A DNA stretch of 62,724 nucleotides, the filler included, from Chiloscyllium plagiosum (Eukaryota), in the NCBI RefSeq assembly GCF_004010195.1. It is 5 parts of one record of this genome, joined end to end, with 100 filler letters (N's around TTAATTAATTAA, not from the genome) between each part and the next. Parts side by side here need not be neighbours in the genome. Positions count along the whole stretch, not along the records: positions 1 to 17,132 come from NC_057711.1; positions 17,233 to 29,685 come from NC_057711.1; 3 more parts are not named here. One strand, given 5' to 3'. Each line of letters begins with the position of its first letter. Position 1 is the stretch's first letter. Below the pieces are notes generated by a model, which did no database searches, had not been told where the DNA came from, and was given only the letters and a program-made list of their open reading frames with translations. Below are positions 12,041-24,814 of the stretch, piece by piece. Position numbers and translations under genes: made by a program.

Positions 12041-12262
12041 TTCATAGTCATTTCTGACGAGTCAACTCCATCCATGGCTGGAAGAATCTCTAGGGTGCTT
12101 TTTTTCTTTTTTAAAGAAACCAAATCACTGATCTATACTGTGAACTGAACTACTGACTGAAGTGAAATATTGCAAAGTAAGGATTTTGGGGCTTCTTATC
12201 CCCTGTTTAGTCATTTCTGCTGTGGTCCTCATGCATTCCTCAGTGCTGTAAAAGAAATGAAT

Positions 12263-12306
12263 AATAAAAATTCAATTTGTGCAGAATGTTGTCTTTTGTT
12301 TGGTTT
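12263..12306 (+). terminator. Polyadenylation signal of beta-thymosin
   Basis: AATAAA 12263-12268 followed by a GT/T-rich downstream element (GTTGTCTTTTGTTTGGTTT). Confidence 0.75.
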
Positions 12307-13314
12307 GAGCAGGGATTCACATAATTTGCTTTAAATTTACCAAGTAGGACTAGGTAAGAATAGAAGTGTAAAACCCTAAAATTGGGATAATTTGGTACTA
12401 GCCTCAAAGCTTATGTTTGACATTGTGGTAGCAGGTTGATAGGTAGCAGACTCCGTATGCAGACTGTCCATAACCTTTATCTAATTAGTAACTCCTAATG
12501 TTCCAGGCCCTTTTAAACTTCTAAGTGGTGCATTACAGTGAACCGCTTACTTTATTTCTGCTTGCATTATTCATGATCATCTTAAGAATCCAGCTTAATT
12601 GATTAGAATCCATTTTTTCCCCCTTAAGCATTCAAGAAGTGTGCCTTGAGTACCCAGAAACCAACACTTTCCTTCACAGGATTCTTCAGTGGAGCAAGAT
12701 GGATTGTTTTTGCATGTATTCAAATCTCTTGCAGAATGTTTCGGTGCAGGTAGACCGCTCTGAGCATTCATTTAATTATAAGACATCTAGTTATGTATAT
12801 TATGAAATCAATTTTGATAAAAACATGTCATCCATTCTGTTTTTAATTGGGAGTTGATTTAAACTAAATGTTAGTGCTGATGTAAGACATTTGCAATTGG
12901 ATTAGTGTCTCTTATGGCACTTCTATGGGGTACAGTTACTCTACACCAGAGGCTTGAACTTTTAATTTTGTTTAAAAAAAACTAAAGTTCCTGTATAAAA
13001 GCAGGCCTAGGAATGTAAAGTTTGACCTTGTGACTTGTTTATGATCATTAAAATGAAAATCTAATTGGAAATTTCTAGACTTGACAAGGCAGATTTACAT
13101 CTAAGCTGAATATTAGTCAAGAAATTGACAGACTTTAAATGTGCATGTTATTAAAGCATCAAAGAACAGTCTAAACAAACTTTCAAGTTTTGTAGCAATG
13201 CTATAACTGCTCCTTGAGTTTCAATTTGTGGTGGCCTGCCTACTGGAGTTGGACTGCAGAAATTTGATGTAGGCTGTTATTTTCTGTAGAATCAAAGCTT
13301 TTCTAAAACCTTTA

Positions 13315-14545
13315 CATAAAACCATAAGATCTAGGAGCACAATTAGGTCATTCAGCCCATCGAGTATATCCTGGCTGATATATATTACCCTATTCTGTGC
13401 CTTCTTCCTGTAACCCTTGAATTCTTTACTAATCTGTATGAGATATACTGAATAACTTTACCACTGAAAGCTGCAGAGGCCATGAGTTCCACAGATTCAC
13501 TAAACCAGCTGGGGGGGGGAAAACTCCGATCTGAAGGGTTGTGCCTTCACTCTGAGGTTGTACCGTCTGGTCCTACTTGTGGAAACATCTCCACTCCATT
13601 ATCCAGACCCCTCAATATTCTGTCAGTTTCAATGTGATTTTTCCCACCATCCTTCTAAACTTCCAAGTGCCAACACAGACTCCTCAACTGCTCCTCTTAT
13701 AAGATCAGTTCTTGTAAACCTTTTCTGGACCTCTACATGGCCAGCACATCCTCTCTTTGATTTGGGGCCCAAAACTGCTCACAATATTCCAAATGTGGTC
13801 TGACCAGAACCTTATACAGCCTCAGCAGTACACTCTAGTCCTTGAAAAATGAACGCTAATATTGCATTTACCTTCCTAAGTGCCAAATGAACCTCCATCT
13901 TAACCTTAAGAGAATCATGAAATAGAACTCCTAAGTCCCTTTGTGCTTTAGATTTCCAAGGCCTTATCCAATTTGGAAAATAGTCAATGCCTCCCTTCCT
14001 ACCAAAGTGCATAACAATTTTGAGAGCCTGCTACACAGCTGTGAAGTTAGTGTGGTAGTCTGCTTCTGCAGTGTGGTGGGTTTGACCTGGGATTCCTTGA
14101 GGTGATTTCTGGCCCAGGATTCCAGTAGCCTGAGATTCAGTGGCTTCAATGTTGGCTTTCTGCAGCGGTGGAAAACTTGGTTCCTGTCTTTCCCTTGACC
14201 TTGGGAACTGATGAGCAATGAATTGAACAAAATTGGACTTTGTCTTAATTTGTTTTATATATGACTTCTATAGGTAATATAGGTCCTGGAGTATGGCGAC
14301 AAACACTTTTTACTGTATTTTGTTGTCAAAATGAGTGACAATAAGTTATCCTACTATTCTATTCTAACTCCAGGTTTTCCCATGTTGCATTTCATTTGCC
14401 AACTTTTTACCTACTCTCCCAGCCTGTCTTAGTCCTTCTGCAGTCTCCCTGCTTCCTCAATACTACTTATTCTTTCACCTATCTTTGTATCATCTGTGTA
14501 TTTAGCAACAATGTCCTCAGTTCCTTCGTCCAGATCACTACAATG
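13315..14545 (-). mobile_element. CR1 LINE fragment, interrupted at about 14016-14368
   Basis: Minus ORFs MHFGRK...QRDLGVL.HDSLKV and IVAKYTDDTKIG...LQKD are collinear across the insertion. Confidence 0.8.
14016..14368 (+). mobile_element. Non-LTR element 3' end (L2/Rex-like tail) nested in CR1
   Basis: Ends with ACTGTATTT..GTGACAATAAG + (CTATT)n and splits the surrounding CR1. Confidence 0.45.
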
Positions 14546-14741
14546 TTTCTTCTTTTCAAATGTGGTGAATCTTAATTTTTGGCACAAGAGTAGCCTTTGT
14601 AGAAGTTTCAGCAAATAATTGTCCCTACTATTTAGCTGAGTTTAACTATTTCAATTATTTCATCAATCCCTTTCGTGTCACCTCCATCCCACTCACTATC
14701 TACATCAATTCCATCCCATTCTTAGAAATAACTTCAGTTGA

Positions 14742-15098
14742 ACCTGGGGCATGGATAGGATAAATAGATAAAGTCTTTTCCCTGGGGTCGGCGAGTCCAG
14801 AACTAGAGGGCATAGGTTTAGGGTGAGAGGGGAAAGATATAAAAAAGACCTAAGGGGCAACTTTTTCACACAGAGGGTGGTACATGTATTGAATGAGCTG
14901 CCAGAGGAAGTGGTGGAGGCTGGTACAATTGCTCCATTTAAAAGGCATTTGGATGGGTACATGAATAGGAAGGGTTTGGAGGGATATGGGCCAGGTGCAG
15001 GCAAGTGGGACTAGATTGGGTTGGGATATCTGGTCAGCATGGACGGGTTGGACTGAAGGGTCTGTTTCCATGTTATACATCTTTATGACTCTATGATT
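14742..15098 (+). mobile_element. CR1/HER1-type LINE 3' end
   Basis: RGERYKKDLRGNFFTQRVV..NELPEEVVEAGT; tail (ATGACTCT)n. Confidence 0.88.
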
Positions 15099-16436
15099 CT
15101 CCTGGTTTTGTTTTCCACCAAACCCTCCCCAACCTGTCGTTACAACTGTTGGCAGCTATAGATGCACCTTGCGTATCACAGTCCTCTATATTCCCCCATA
15201 TATCCCTACATAAGAAGCAGCACTTTGCAACTCATCCCCAGACTTCTCCACTCATCAGGCCTCCTCTGCAACACTGCTTTCACATGGTTTTGCTCCAATC
15301 TGACAGCTGCTGGGAACCTCCTTGTCATCTCAGCATTCCCCTAAGGATATCTTGAAGGCTTGCATCAATCTATTGAGTTCCTTGAGCTTGTCCTATCATT
15401 TGATGAATTTGCGGCTTATTTGTATTTGATTTCTACTTGTGCATCTTGACTCCATATCACTTTATGCCCTTGACTGACTGATTGAAAAAAGTCTGTTCAT
15501 GCTTGATTTGAGGCAAATTCTTTACAATGGATAATGAGTCTTTACAAACTGGTTACCAGAAACTATACAACGTGATTCACTGAAGCCAAAAACAAATTGA
15601 TTTTTTTTTCGAGTCAACCAAAACGAATCATTAAATAATTCAACCACTATCCGTACATGCCAAGATTTCAGAAGACAGTGATGATGACTCCAGCAGAATC
15701 CACCGGAAATGAAATGAGAGAATTAGGGTTTCTTTCTGACAGTGGGAGATGTGGAGGAAAAGTAGCCAGAAAGCCTTACTGTTCTATTGAAGGTTTCCAG
15801 GCAGTTTTCAAATATGTTTGCAGAGTTAATAAAGTAAGGGAAGCTTTATTCACTCCCTGAAGCAGCTCTACTCACTGAGACCACTTAAAAAAGCAAAGTC
15901 TGACCATTTAATTATAGAAGCTGTATCTGCTGTACCTAACTTCAAATTTCAACGCTCTTAAAATGAAGAATCTTGAAGCAAACCAGGCCCACAATGATAA
16001 GATTTTTAATAATATAATTAATTTCAACTTAACTTTTATTATTACTTTATATTTTCATATCCATTTCACCTTATGACTTCACTGCTTTTTTAAAAAACTT
16101 CTACTAACTTTCAGCAATAGTTGTGAGGTAAACTAATCTCATGTTCTTGTTTAAAGCTTAAAGCTGTGCTGCTGGTTACTTTGAAATCGAAACGCTCAAA
16201 AATTAAAAAGGGGCGAAGTAAGCTGCACAAATTGCACTGCACACACTGCTCAGAGGAGAGGCCTTGTGTGGTTGTGACAGGTTATTTTCCCATTTGGGCC
16301 ATTTAGCCTTTCCTCACTCACTATGAAAGTAAACTGACCTCACACTGCTGAGGAAAATGTGTACAAAATGGCTGTCACAGTTACTCACCCATCAGAACGC
16401 TTAAATACAGGTGAAATTCTGAGAGTCAAGTTAAAG

Positions 16437-17132
16437 TTCAAAGTTTGGGAGAAGATTTGTAGCTCGGGTGCTCGTTGTTGTGGTTCTGTTCGCCGAGCTG
16501 AGAATTTGTGTTGCATACGTTTCATCCCCTGTCTAGGTGACATCCTCAGTGCTTGGGAGCCTCCTGTGAAGCGCTTCTGTGATGTTTCCTCCGGCATTTA
16601 TAGTGATTTGTACCTGCCGCTTCCGGTTGTCAGTTCCAGCTGTCCGCTGCAGAGGCCGGTATATTGGGTCCAGGTTGATGTGCTTATTGATTGAATCTGT
16701 GGATGAGTGCCATGCCTCTAGGAATTCCCTGGCTGTTCTCTGTTTGGCTTGTCCTATAATAGTAGTTTTGCCCCAGTCGAACTCATGTTGCTTGTCATTT
16801 GAGTGTGTGGCTACTAAGGATAGCTGGTCATGTCGTTTCGTGGCTAGTTGGTGTTCATGGATGCGGACCATTAACTGTCTTCCTGTTTGTCCTATGTAGT
16901 GTTTTGTGCAGTCCTTGCATGGGATTTTATACACAACATTGGTTTTGCTCATGCTGGGTTCGGGTCCTTCGTCCTGGTGAGTTGTTGTCTGAGAGTGGCT
17001 GTTGGTTTGTGTACTGTTATGAGTCCTAGTGGTCACAGTAGTCTGGTTGTCTTTTCGGAAATGCTCTTGATGTATGGTCGTGTGGCTAGTCCTTTGGGAT
17101 GCGGCATGTCCTCGTTCCGTTGTCTTTCCCTT
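16437..17132 (-). mobile_element. Penelope-like element (family D): GIY-YIG endonuclease C-terminus + terminal repeat
   Basis: NVVYKIPCKDCTKHYIGQTGRQL..RIHEH...REFLEAWHS..SINK, then CTGAGGATGTCACCTAGACAGGGGATGAAACGT (hammerhead-like). Truncated by a gap. Confidence 0.9.
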
Positions 17133-17232
17133 NNNNNNNNNNNNNNNNNNNNNNNNNNNNNNNNNNNNNNNNNNNNTTAATTAATTAANNNNNNNNNNNN
17201 NNNNNNNNNNNNNNNNNNNNNNNNNNNNNNNN
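17133..17232. other. 100-bp scaffold gap with artificial TTAATTAATTAA linker
   Basis: 44 N + TTAATTAATTAA + 44 N. Identical structure at 29686-29785, 46497-46596 and 57012-57111. Confidence 0.95.
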
Positions 17233-19044
17233 GGTAACTAGGGGGAAGGGGGGAAAGGTGGAATTGGGAGGTTGAGGGGGAACTTATTGGAATTGAGGGG
17301 GAGATCAAGGGGTGAAGAAGAAAAGGAGTGGGGGATGGTGAGAAGGAAAAGGGGATGGGAATTGGAATAGTGATGAAGGACCTTCAGTGACTCTTGTTCA
17401 AGCTAAGACTATAAATTACTATTATTTTAGTAAATTAATATCTAATTGATTAAACTAAGTTTTTGATAGACATTATAGGGCTGGCAATAGTGCCACATGC
17501 TTGCTCATTCACACAGATATCAAGCAGCTTACTGCTTGGTTAAAATCAAGAGTAGAGGCTCCTCTGGAATAGATTATGGACAGATGGAAGAATTCATGAC
17601 TGGTCATCCATGAGATGCTATGGGCCTTCAGCAGAAGAATTATACCCCAAAACGATCTGTAACCTCATGGCTTGGCATTCACCCACTCATAATTCTACCA
17701 CCATTCCAGGGGCTCAATTCTTGTTCAACAAAATCCGCAGGAGTAATGTTACGTGCACCCAAAAATGAGGTGTTTACCTGCTGAAGCTTCAAAACAGGAC
17801 TAACTGTTCCAAACTGCATAAGGCGCATGTTAAATGATTCCTTAACCAGTGGATCAGATCTAACCTCTGCAGTCCTGTTGTATCCAGTTGTGAATGGCAG
17901 TGGACAATTAAACAACTCACTGGAGGAGGGGCTCCATAAATATTCTATCCTTAATGAGGGAAGAGTACAATACACAAGTGCAAAAGATAAGAGAGCCTAC
18001 CCCACAATATCACATAGGTTTAAAATTACTTTGTTGTTAATTGGTTCTTTAAAAGCCAAATTTCCTGATGACCTTTGCCAATTTGAATTGTCCAGTCCAA
18101 ACAAAACTTCAAGTTCCCCACAATTATTAAGTTGTTCTTGTTTTAAGCTCCCATTATTTCTTGCTTGCTACTCTGTTTAAAACTAATAAGATGCTTAATT
18201 ATTCCAGTCATAAATTACTCCTGAGTGTATTTTCAAACCTGAAGTTTTATTAGTCTCCACCCATACTGATTCTGTTCCTGGTCATCTGAACTAAGATTTT
18301 TTTTTACTACTACACATAAAACATCCTATCTAGATGATGTCTCATTTTCCATTCTGTCTGTCTACTTGAAGTGCTGTTCTGGAACCTCGCCCCACCCGCC
18401 CCAGTCCTGATCTTGTGACCATGGCTGAAATTTTCAAGGCTTGTTGGGAATGGATTGGCAAATGTTAGGGGAAGGTATTGGGGGGACATACCTTAAGTCT
18501 TCAAGTGCAGTGTCATATTGCTAGCTGTGCGCAAAATGGTCGAACAACCATCTGAGCCATTTATGTGGCCAATTAAGGAATACTTTCCACATCTTCAAGC
18601 ATTTTGCCTGTGTAGGATTGACCTACTGCCACATGGGGAGACCTGGTAGCCTCCCTGCAAGCTGCATGGTGTTGGTGTGTTGATAAGATAATGACTGGAG
18701 TCGAATGGGTGATGGTACACCATTATTTTTGGAACCTCCAAAATAGATCTCCATGGTCCAGGGTGAATGCCAAAGACAATGATCACACTGCGAATAATGT
18801 TGCTGCTGGTGTTGATGCTGTGTGGCACTGAAATTCATATGCCATTTTTGTTATAGGCAGGATATCCTTTTGACCTAATGCCAACATCCTGTTATTGGTG
18901 AACATGCAGGTGTACTGCCAGATATGGCACCAAAGACTGATGATTGCAACAAACATTTGGCTGTTCATTAGAAGCAACATATTGATTATACCCAACTAAT
19001 CCATGGTTGCAAAACATTGGGTATCACCAGATGTGTTTTTGCAA

Positions 19045-19575
19045 TTGGACAAGTTCAATTCTGGTCTCCCTGCTTTATGAAAGATGTTGTTAAACTTAAA
19101 AGCGTTCAGAAAAAAAATTACAAGACTTGTTGGGATTGGAGGGTTTGAGCTAATATGCTGAGGCTGAATAGGCTGGGGCTTTTTTCCCTGGTGCGTTGGA
19201 AACTGAGGGGTGACCTTGTAGATGTTTACAAACTCATGAGGGGTATGGGAAGGATGAATAGCCTTGGGCTTTTTCCGAGGGTGGAGACCCCTAAAACTAG
19301 AAGGCAGAGGTTTAAGATGTGAGGTAAAAGATTTAAAGGGACCTGACGGGCAACTTTTTCACACAGAGGGTGGAACAAGCTACCAGAGGAGGTGGTGGGG
19401 GCAGGTACAATTACAACGTTTAAAAGGCATCTACACGGTTACATGAATGAAAAGTATTTAAGAGGGATGTGGGCTAAATGCTGGCAAATGCAATACATCA
19501 GTTTAGGATATCTGATTGGCACAGATGCACTGGACTGAAGGATCTGTCTCAGTGCTATGTAACTCTGACTCTATA
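19045..19575 (+). mobile_element. CR1/HER1-type LINE 3' fragment
   Basis: CAATTCTGGTCTCCC, GAGGGGTGACCTTGTAGATGTTTAC and 3' UTR GGACTGAAGGATCTGT. Confidence 0.8.
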
Positions 19576-19689
19576 ACATTTGCTGAATAATCTGAACAGT
19601 GTAATTCATTGCACAATAATTTATGGTAGTCAGTCAGGTTCAGAGTATGGTGCACTTGCAGACATAGGAAGTTTGTGGGAGGCAGAAAT

Positions 19690-19950
19690 TATATGAATCC
19701 ACACATGCCTATTCCAACTACCCGAAATAGGTGACAGTTATTTACTGGTTCCTTTCTGAGGGCAATGCCCAGAGCAATCAAAGTTGCCTGATCCTTAACA
19801 ATAATGGTGCATTCTCCATGGCCAATCAGAATCCACTTTCCACCAATCAGCAGTCTCCTCACATGCAGTACAAATGTTGCTTTTACCCTCGAATTTATCA
19901 TCTTGCTGAGTGCAAGATAAAAAGCTTTGGCAAAATGTTCTTTTCTCGAC
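19690..19950 (+). mobile_element. Old Penelope-like terminal repeat candidate
   Basis: Two CCAATCAG boxes, a TATA-like GTACAAAT, then CTTGCTGAGTGCAAGATAAAAAGCTTT resembling a decayed CTGATGA..GAAAGCT hammerhead. Confidence 0.4.
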
Positions 19951-20845
19951 AATGGGTTTGAGTGGAGTTGGGAGAGATAGCTAAAAAGTAGTTAGGCTCA
20001 TTATTCATATGTAGAGTTTATTACTGGTGACTTGGTGGTTCTGCTTCAGGTGTACTCCAGAGAAATAATAGCAGCAATTATTCAACATTACACCACTGCA
20101 TTATGTGTCTGGCCCTTTTTAAAAGCTCTGGACCCCTCACACAGTTAATTCTTTGGTAAGAATCATTAAAATTCATTTAATAGATGTTTGTGGTCTAAAC
20201 TTGGAATTAGCCCCACATTAGCTGTATGATATTGTGACGGGACCAATTTGTCTGCTTTCTAGTGTCTTCTAGATTCCCATGTGAGTGCCCTGCTCAACAT
20301 GGAACATTCTGTCGGCCATGCTAGAGGAGGCCGGATCCAGTATGAACCATTATCACCCCTTCCCTTCTCTGGGAGGATGCATGGCTTCCATTACATTCTC
20401 TCCAATGATGATAAATGTAATGCCAGTAAATTTTTCAAAGCTACTTTGCAGACATGTATTTTAGAGCCCCTTGTGACACTTTCTCATTAGCAAACATCCA
20501 AAGAACCTGCATACTGTATCAATGTAAGTCAATTCTTATAGACTTCAGCTGAATTAATGAGGCAAATTGCAATGTCACCCCAAGCTTGCTAAAGCAAATA
20601 TCATTCAAAGAGACTAAGCACTTCTTACTAATGTGAAGTAAACTTTGATGTTCTTTTCATTTTAACCTACCAACCCAATCATATTGCTGCTGAGATTAGG
20701 TTATTTACTTTAAACTGTGTATCATTGGTGATACATCAGTACAAGGAGTTTAGACTTGGATGTTACATCCAATGCCCAGAAAACCTTGTTTGAAGAATAA
20801 ATTACTCTTTTAAACAGTTTAAATCTCAGGTGGCCCAGAGGTCAG

Positions 20846-22822
20846 GAACAAAGAACAAAGAAAATTTACAGCCCAGGAACAGGCCCTTTGGCTCTCCAAG
20901 CCTGAGCCGATCTAAATCCACAGCCTAAACAATCACCCAATTCCTAAGCATCTATATCCCTCTGCTACTCACCTACTCATGCATCTGTCCAGACACATCT
21001 TAAGTGAATCTACTGTGCCTATCTCTACTACCTCTGTTGGCAACGCGTTCCAGGTACCTACCACCCTCTGTGTAAAGTACTTTTCGTGTATATACCCCTT
21101 AAACTTTTCACCTCTCACCTTGAAAACGTGACCTATCATTATTGAATCCTTCACCCTGGGAAAAAGTTTATCTCTATCTACCTTGTCTATACCCTTCATG
21201 ATTTTGTAGACCTCAATCAGGTCCCCCCTCAATCTCCTTTTTTCTAATGAAAACAAACCTAACCTACTCAACCTGTCTTCATAGCTAGCACCTTCCATAC
21301 CAGGCAACATCCTCGTAAACCTTCTCTGCACCCTCTCCAAAACGTCCACACCCTTTTGGTAATGTGACGATCAGAACTGTACACAGTATTCTAAATATGG
21401 CTGAACCAATGTCTTGTACAATTTTAACATGACCTGCCAGCTCTTATACTCAATACCCTGTCCGATGAAGGCAAACATACCATATGCCTTCTTGACCACT
21501 CTATCCACCTGTGCAACAATCTTCAGGGTACAATGGACCTGAACTCCCAGATCTTTTTGCTCATCAACTTTTCCCAAGGCTCTTCTGTTTACTGTATAAT
21601 TCGCTCTTGAATTAGTCGTTCCAAAATGCATCACCTCACATTTGCCTGGATTGAACTCCATCTGCCACTTCTCCGCCCAGCTCTCCAGTCTATCTATATT
21701 CTCTTGTATTCTTTGACAGTCCCCTATGCTTTCTGCTACTCCACCAATCTTCCTGTCACCTGCAATCTTGCTGATCATATCAACAGTGCCCTCATTCCAG
21801 ATCAGAAACAACTGTGGCCCCAGCATTGATCCCTGTGGAACATCACTGGTCACCTTTCTCCATTTCGAGAAACTCCCTTCAACTACTACTCTCTGTCTCC
21901 TGTTGCTCAACCTCTTTTTATCCACCTAGCTAGAACACCCTGCACACCATGTTACTTCACTTTTTCTATTAGTTTACTGTGGGGAACCTCGTCAAACACC
22001 TTACTACAGTCCATGTGTATGACATCTACAGCCCTTCCTTCATCTATCAACTTGGTCACTCTCTCAAAGAACTCTATTAAGTTGGTAAAGCACGATCTCC
22101 CCCAAACAAAACCATGTTTCCTATCACTGATAAGCCCATTCTTTTCCAAATATAAATAGATTTTATCCCTCAGTACTTTCTCCAGCAACATTCCCATTAC
22201 TGACATCAGGCTAACTGGTCTGTAGTTACCTGGAATATCCCTACTACTCTTCTTGTACAGGGGACAATGTGAGCAACCCTCCAGTCCTCCAGCAACTCAC
22301 CTATGTTTAAGGATGCTACAAAGCTATCTGTTAGGGCTGCAATTATTTCCTCTCCCATCTCCCTCAGCAACCTGGGATAGATCCCATTCAGTCCTGGGGA
22401 TTTGTCCGCCTTAGTAACCTCTAGCCTACCCAACACATCTTCCCTACTTATGTCAATGTGATCCAGAGTAATCAAACTTGTATCTCTAATCTCAACATTC
22501 ATCATGTCCCTCTCCTCAGTAAATACTGATGCAAAGTAATCATTCAGAATCTCACCCATTCTCTCAGGTTCAACACATAGCCTTCCTTCATTATCCTTTA
22601 GTGGACCAATCCTTTCTCTGGTTACCCGCTTGCTTCTTATATAAGAATAAATGGCTTTAAGATTCTCCTTAATTCAGCTTGCTAAAGCTATTTCATGACC
22701 CCTTTTAGCCCGCTTGATTCCTCGTTTAAGACTGGTCCTACTCTTCCAATATTCCTCCAGGGCCCATTCTGTTTTAGCTGCCTGCCGCTAGTGTACGCTT
22801 CCCTTTTCCTCTTGGCTAGTCA
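20846..22822 (-). mobile_element. CR1 LINE, 2-kb ORF2 RT fragment
   Basis: Consecutive minus ORFs: HGFVWGRSCFTNLIEFF, VPQGSMLGPQLF, WQMEFNPGKCEVMHFG, LERVQRRFTRMLPG; tail (TTCTTTG)n. Confidence 0.92.
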
Positions 22823-23210
22823 TATTTTTCTCCTAATACATAGAGTGAAACAGTGCTTTAAAATTTAGTCATGGTCTTGATGATTGGATTAAAAAAGAGT
22901 TTCCCAATGACCATTGCTGTAAGCCTTCCCCTGTTAGTTAGAAAAGGTCATTTTTAACATGAAAGTTGCGTGATGAAATGCGCAGAATAGAAAATGACAG
23001 TAATAGGTGCGTGTTATTAAGGCAGGCAAGAAAGAGAGTTTCAAAATAAAACGTTCCTTTCCTTATACAGGATAAGAATACCACACTGTGGCTGCAAAGT
23101 AACTTTGAAAGGGAGGGAATGAATTTAGTTGTAATCGTCCATGGAGCACAAATTGCAGGCAGAAACATGGAGGAGATTCTGCTGAAAGACTGGCAGGAGT
23201 TATGTTCTAA

Positions 23211-23616
23211 ATAGACAATAGGTGCAGGAGTAGGCCATTCTGCCCTTCGAGCCAGCACCACCATTCATTTTGATCATGGCTGATCATCCTCAATCAGTAT
23301 CCTGTTCCTGCCTTATTCCCATAACCCTTGATTCCACTATCCTTAAGAGCTCTATCCAACTCTTTCTTGAAAGTATCCAGAGACTTGGCCTCCACAGCCT
23401 TCTGGGGCAGAACATTCCACATTCACCACTCTCTGGGTGAAGAAGTTTCTCCTCAACTCTGTTCTAGATGTCCTACCCCTTATTTTTAAATTGTGTCCTC
23501 TGGTTCGGGACTCACTCATCAGCGGAAACATACTTCCTGCCTCCAGAGTGTCCAATCCTTTAATAATCTTATACGTCTCAATCAGTTCCCCTCTCAGCCT
23601 TCTAAGCTCAAGGGCA
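23211..23616 (-). mobile_element. CR1 LINE 3' end
   Basis: SESRTRGHNLKIRGR..RRNFFTQRVVNV; hairpin GAAGGGCAGAATGGCCTACTCC. Confidence 0.85.
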
Positions 23617-24796
23617 TATTAAAAGTTAGGATTTGTTCTTAATAATCTTTGGACTATTATCTGAGCCACATACAAATTCTCATAGGAGTAGATTGAAGTG
23701 AGAGATGGCACGGGGCAGGGTGACACTAGGCACACGGACACACAAGATGGCCACTGAGCCATAAGTTGGTCACTTCTGATGCATAAGATGGTTGCCGGAC
23801 CACAATATGGAGAGAGACAGCAGAGTAAACACAGATATTGCCTGGGGCCACCAGAATGCCAGCACAATGCACTCACAACCTAGTTCATTGGTTTAAGGCA
23901 GGTGGGGTAGAGAATACAAATGAGTAACGATTACTGCCCGCTGAAGTGTCTGCGTCCAGCCAACACCTTTGATAGAAATGCTAACTGTTTGATACGGACT
24001 CAATACAAAGTGCTAATAGCCAGGGCTGCAGTAATTATTCTTCTGAGGAAGAGTGATTAGTGCCCATTACTATAGCAATGGACTTCCACACTGACGTTGA
24101 AACTGACAATGTCTGTGCTGAAACTGACAATGGCTGCGCTGAATTTAACAAAGACTGCACTGGAACTTACAATGACAATTGAGGTGGCACGGTGGCTCAG
24201 TGGTTAGCACTGCTGCCTCACAGCGTCAGGGACCCAGGTTCGATTCCCACCTTCGGCAACTGTCTGTGTGGAGTTTGCACGTTCTCCCCGTGTTTGCATG
24301 GGTTTCCTCCAGATGCTCCGGTTTCCTCCCACAATCCAAAGATGTGCAGATTAGGTGAATTGGCAATGCTAAATTGCCCATAGTGTTCATGGATGTGTCG
24401 GTAAGGTGCATTAATCTGGGGTAAATGTAGAGTTGTAGGGGAATGGGTGTGGGTGGGTTACTCTTCGGAGGGTCAGCGTGGACTTGTTGGGCTGAAGGGC
24501 CTGTTTCCACACTGTAGGGGTTCTATGACTGCATCAAAACTATCAACGATTCTGCAATGTTTACAACAAGCAAACTATGTTACAGAGACAAGAACCTCAC
24601 CACTGACCTATTATATCACAAAATGTATAAAAGTATCTTGACGTGTGCTCGGAGTTGAGAGAATAATAGCAGCTGACCACTGTTCTGTTGGTGTCTTTGT
24701 CTCGCTGGAGCTCCTGTATTTCCTTGTACAGTAAACCCTGTTGTTGAACCCCGACTCTGGTGATTTTCCCCACAAAGTGAGCAAAGTTCTTATTAC
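23617..24796 (+). repeat. ERV 5' LTR (about 830 bp plus a 353-bp SINE insertion)
   Basis: TATAAAAG 24626-24633, AGTAAA polyA-like signal near 24730, 21-bp tandem repeats starting at 24098, directly followed by TGGTGCCC. Confidence 0.65.
24177..24529 (+). mobile_element. HE1-type V-SINE inserted in the ERV LTR
   Basis: GGCACGGTGGCTCAGTGGTTAGC (A box), GGTTCGATTCCC (B box), V-domain; TSD ATGAC 24172-24176 / 24525-24529. Confidence 0.9.
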
Positions 24797-24814
24797 TGGT
24801 GCCCTGGTCAAAGG
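24797..24814 (+). promoter_or_regulatory. Putative primer-binding site
   Basis: TGGTGCCCTGGTCAAAGG directly after the LTR end. The TGG start fits a tRNA CCA end; the tRNA identity is not resolved. Confidence 0.5.

Noticed and set aside
17177..17188. TTAATTAATTAA palindrome repeated four times (also 29730, 46541, 57056)
   Set aside because: Always centred in 44 N + 12 + 44 N; a scaffolding linker with stops in all six frames, not biology.
24098..24176. 21-bp repeats as a CRISPR array
   Set aside because: Units are directly adjacent with no spacers, there are no cas genes, and the context is a vertebrate LTR.
24183..24255. tRNA gene
   Set aside because: The A/B boxes continue into the HE1 V-domain and LINE-like tail; it is a SINE head, as are the other copies.
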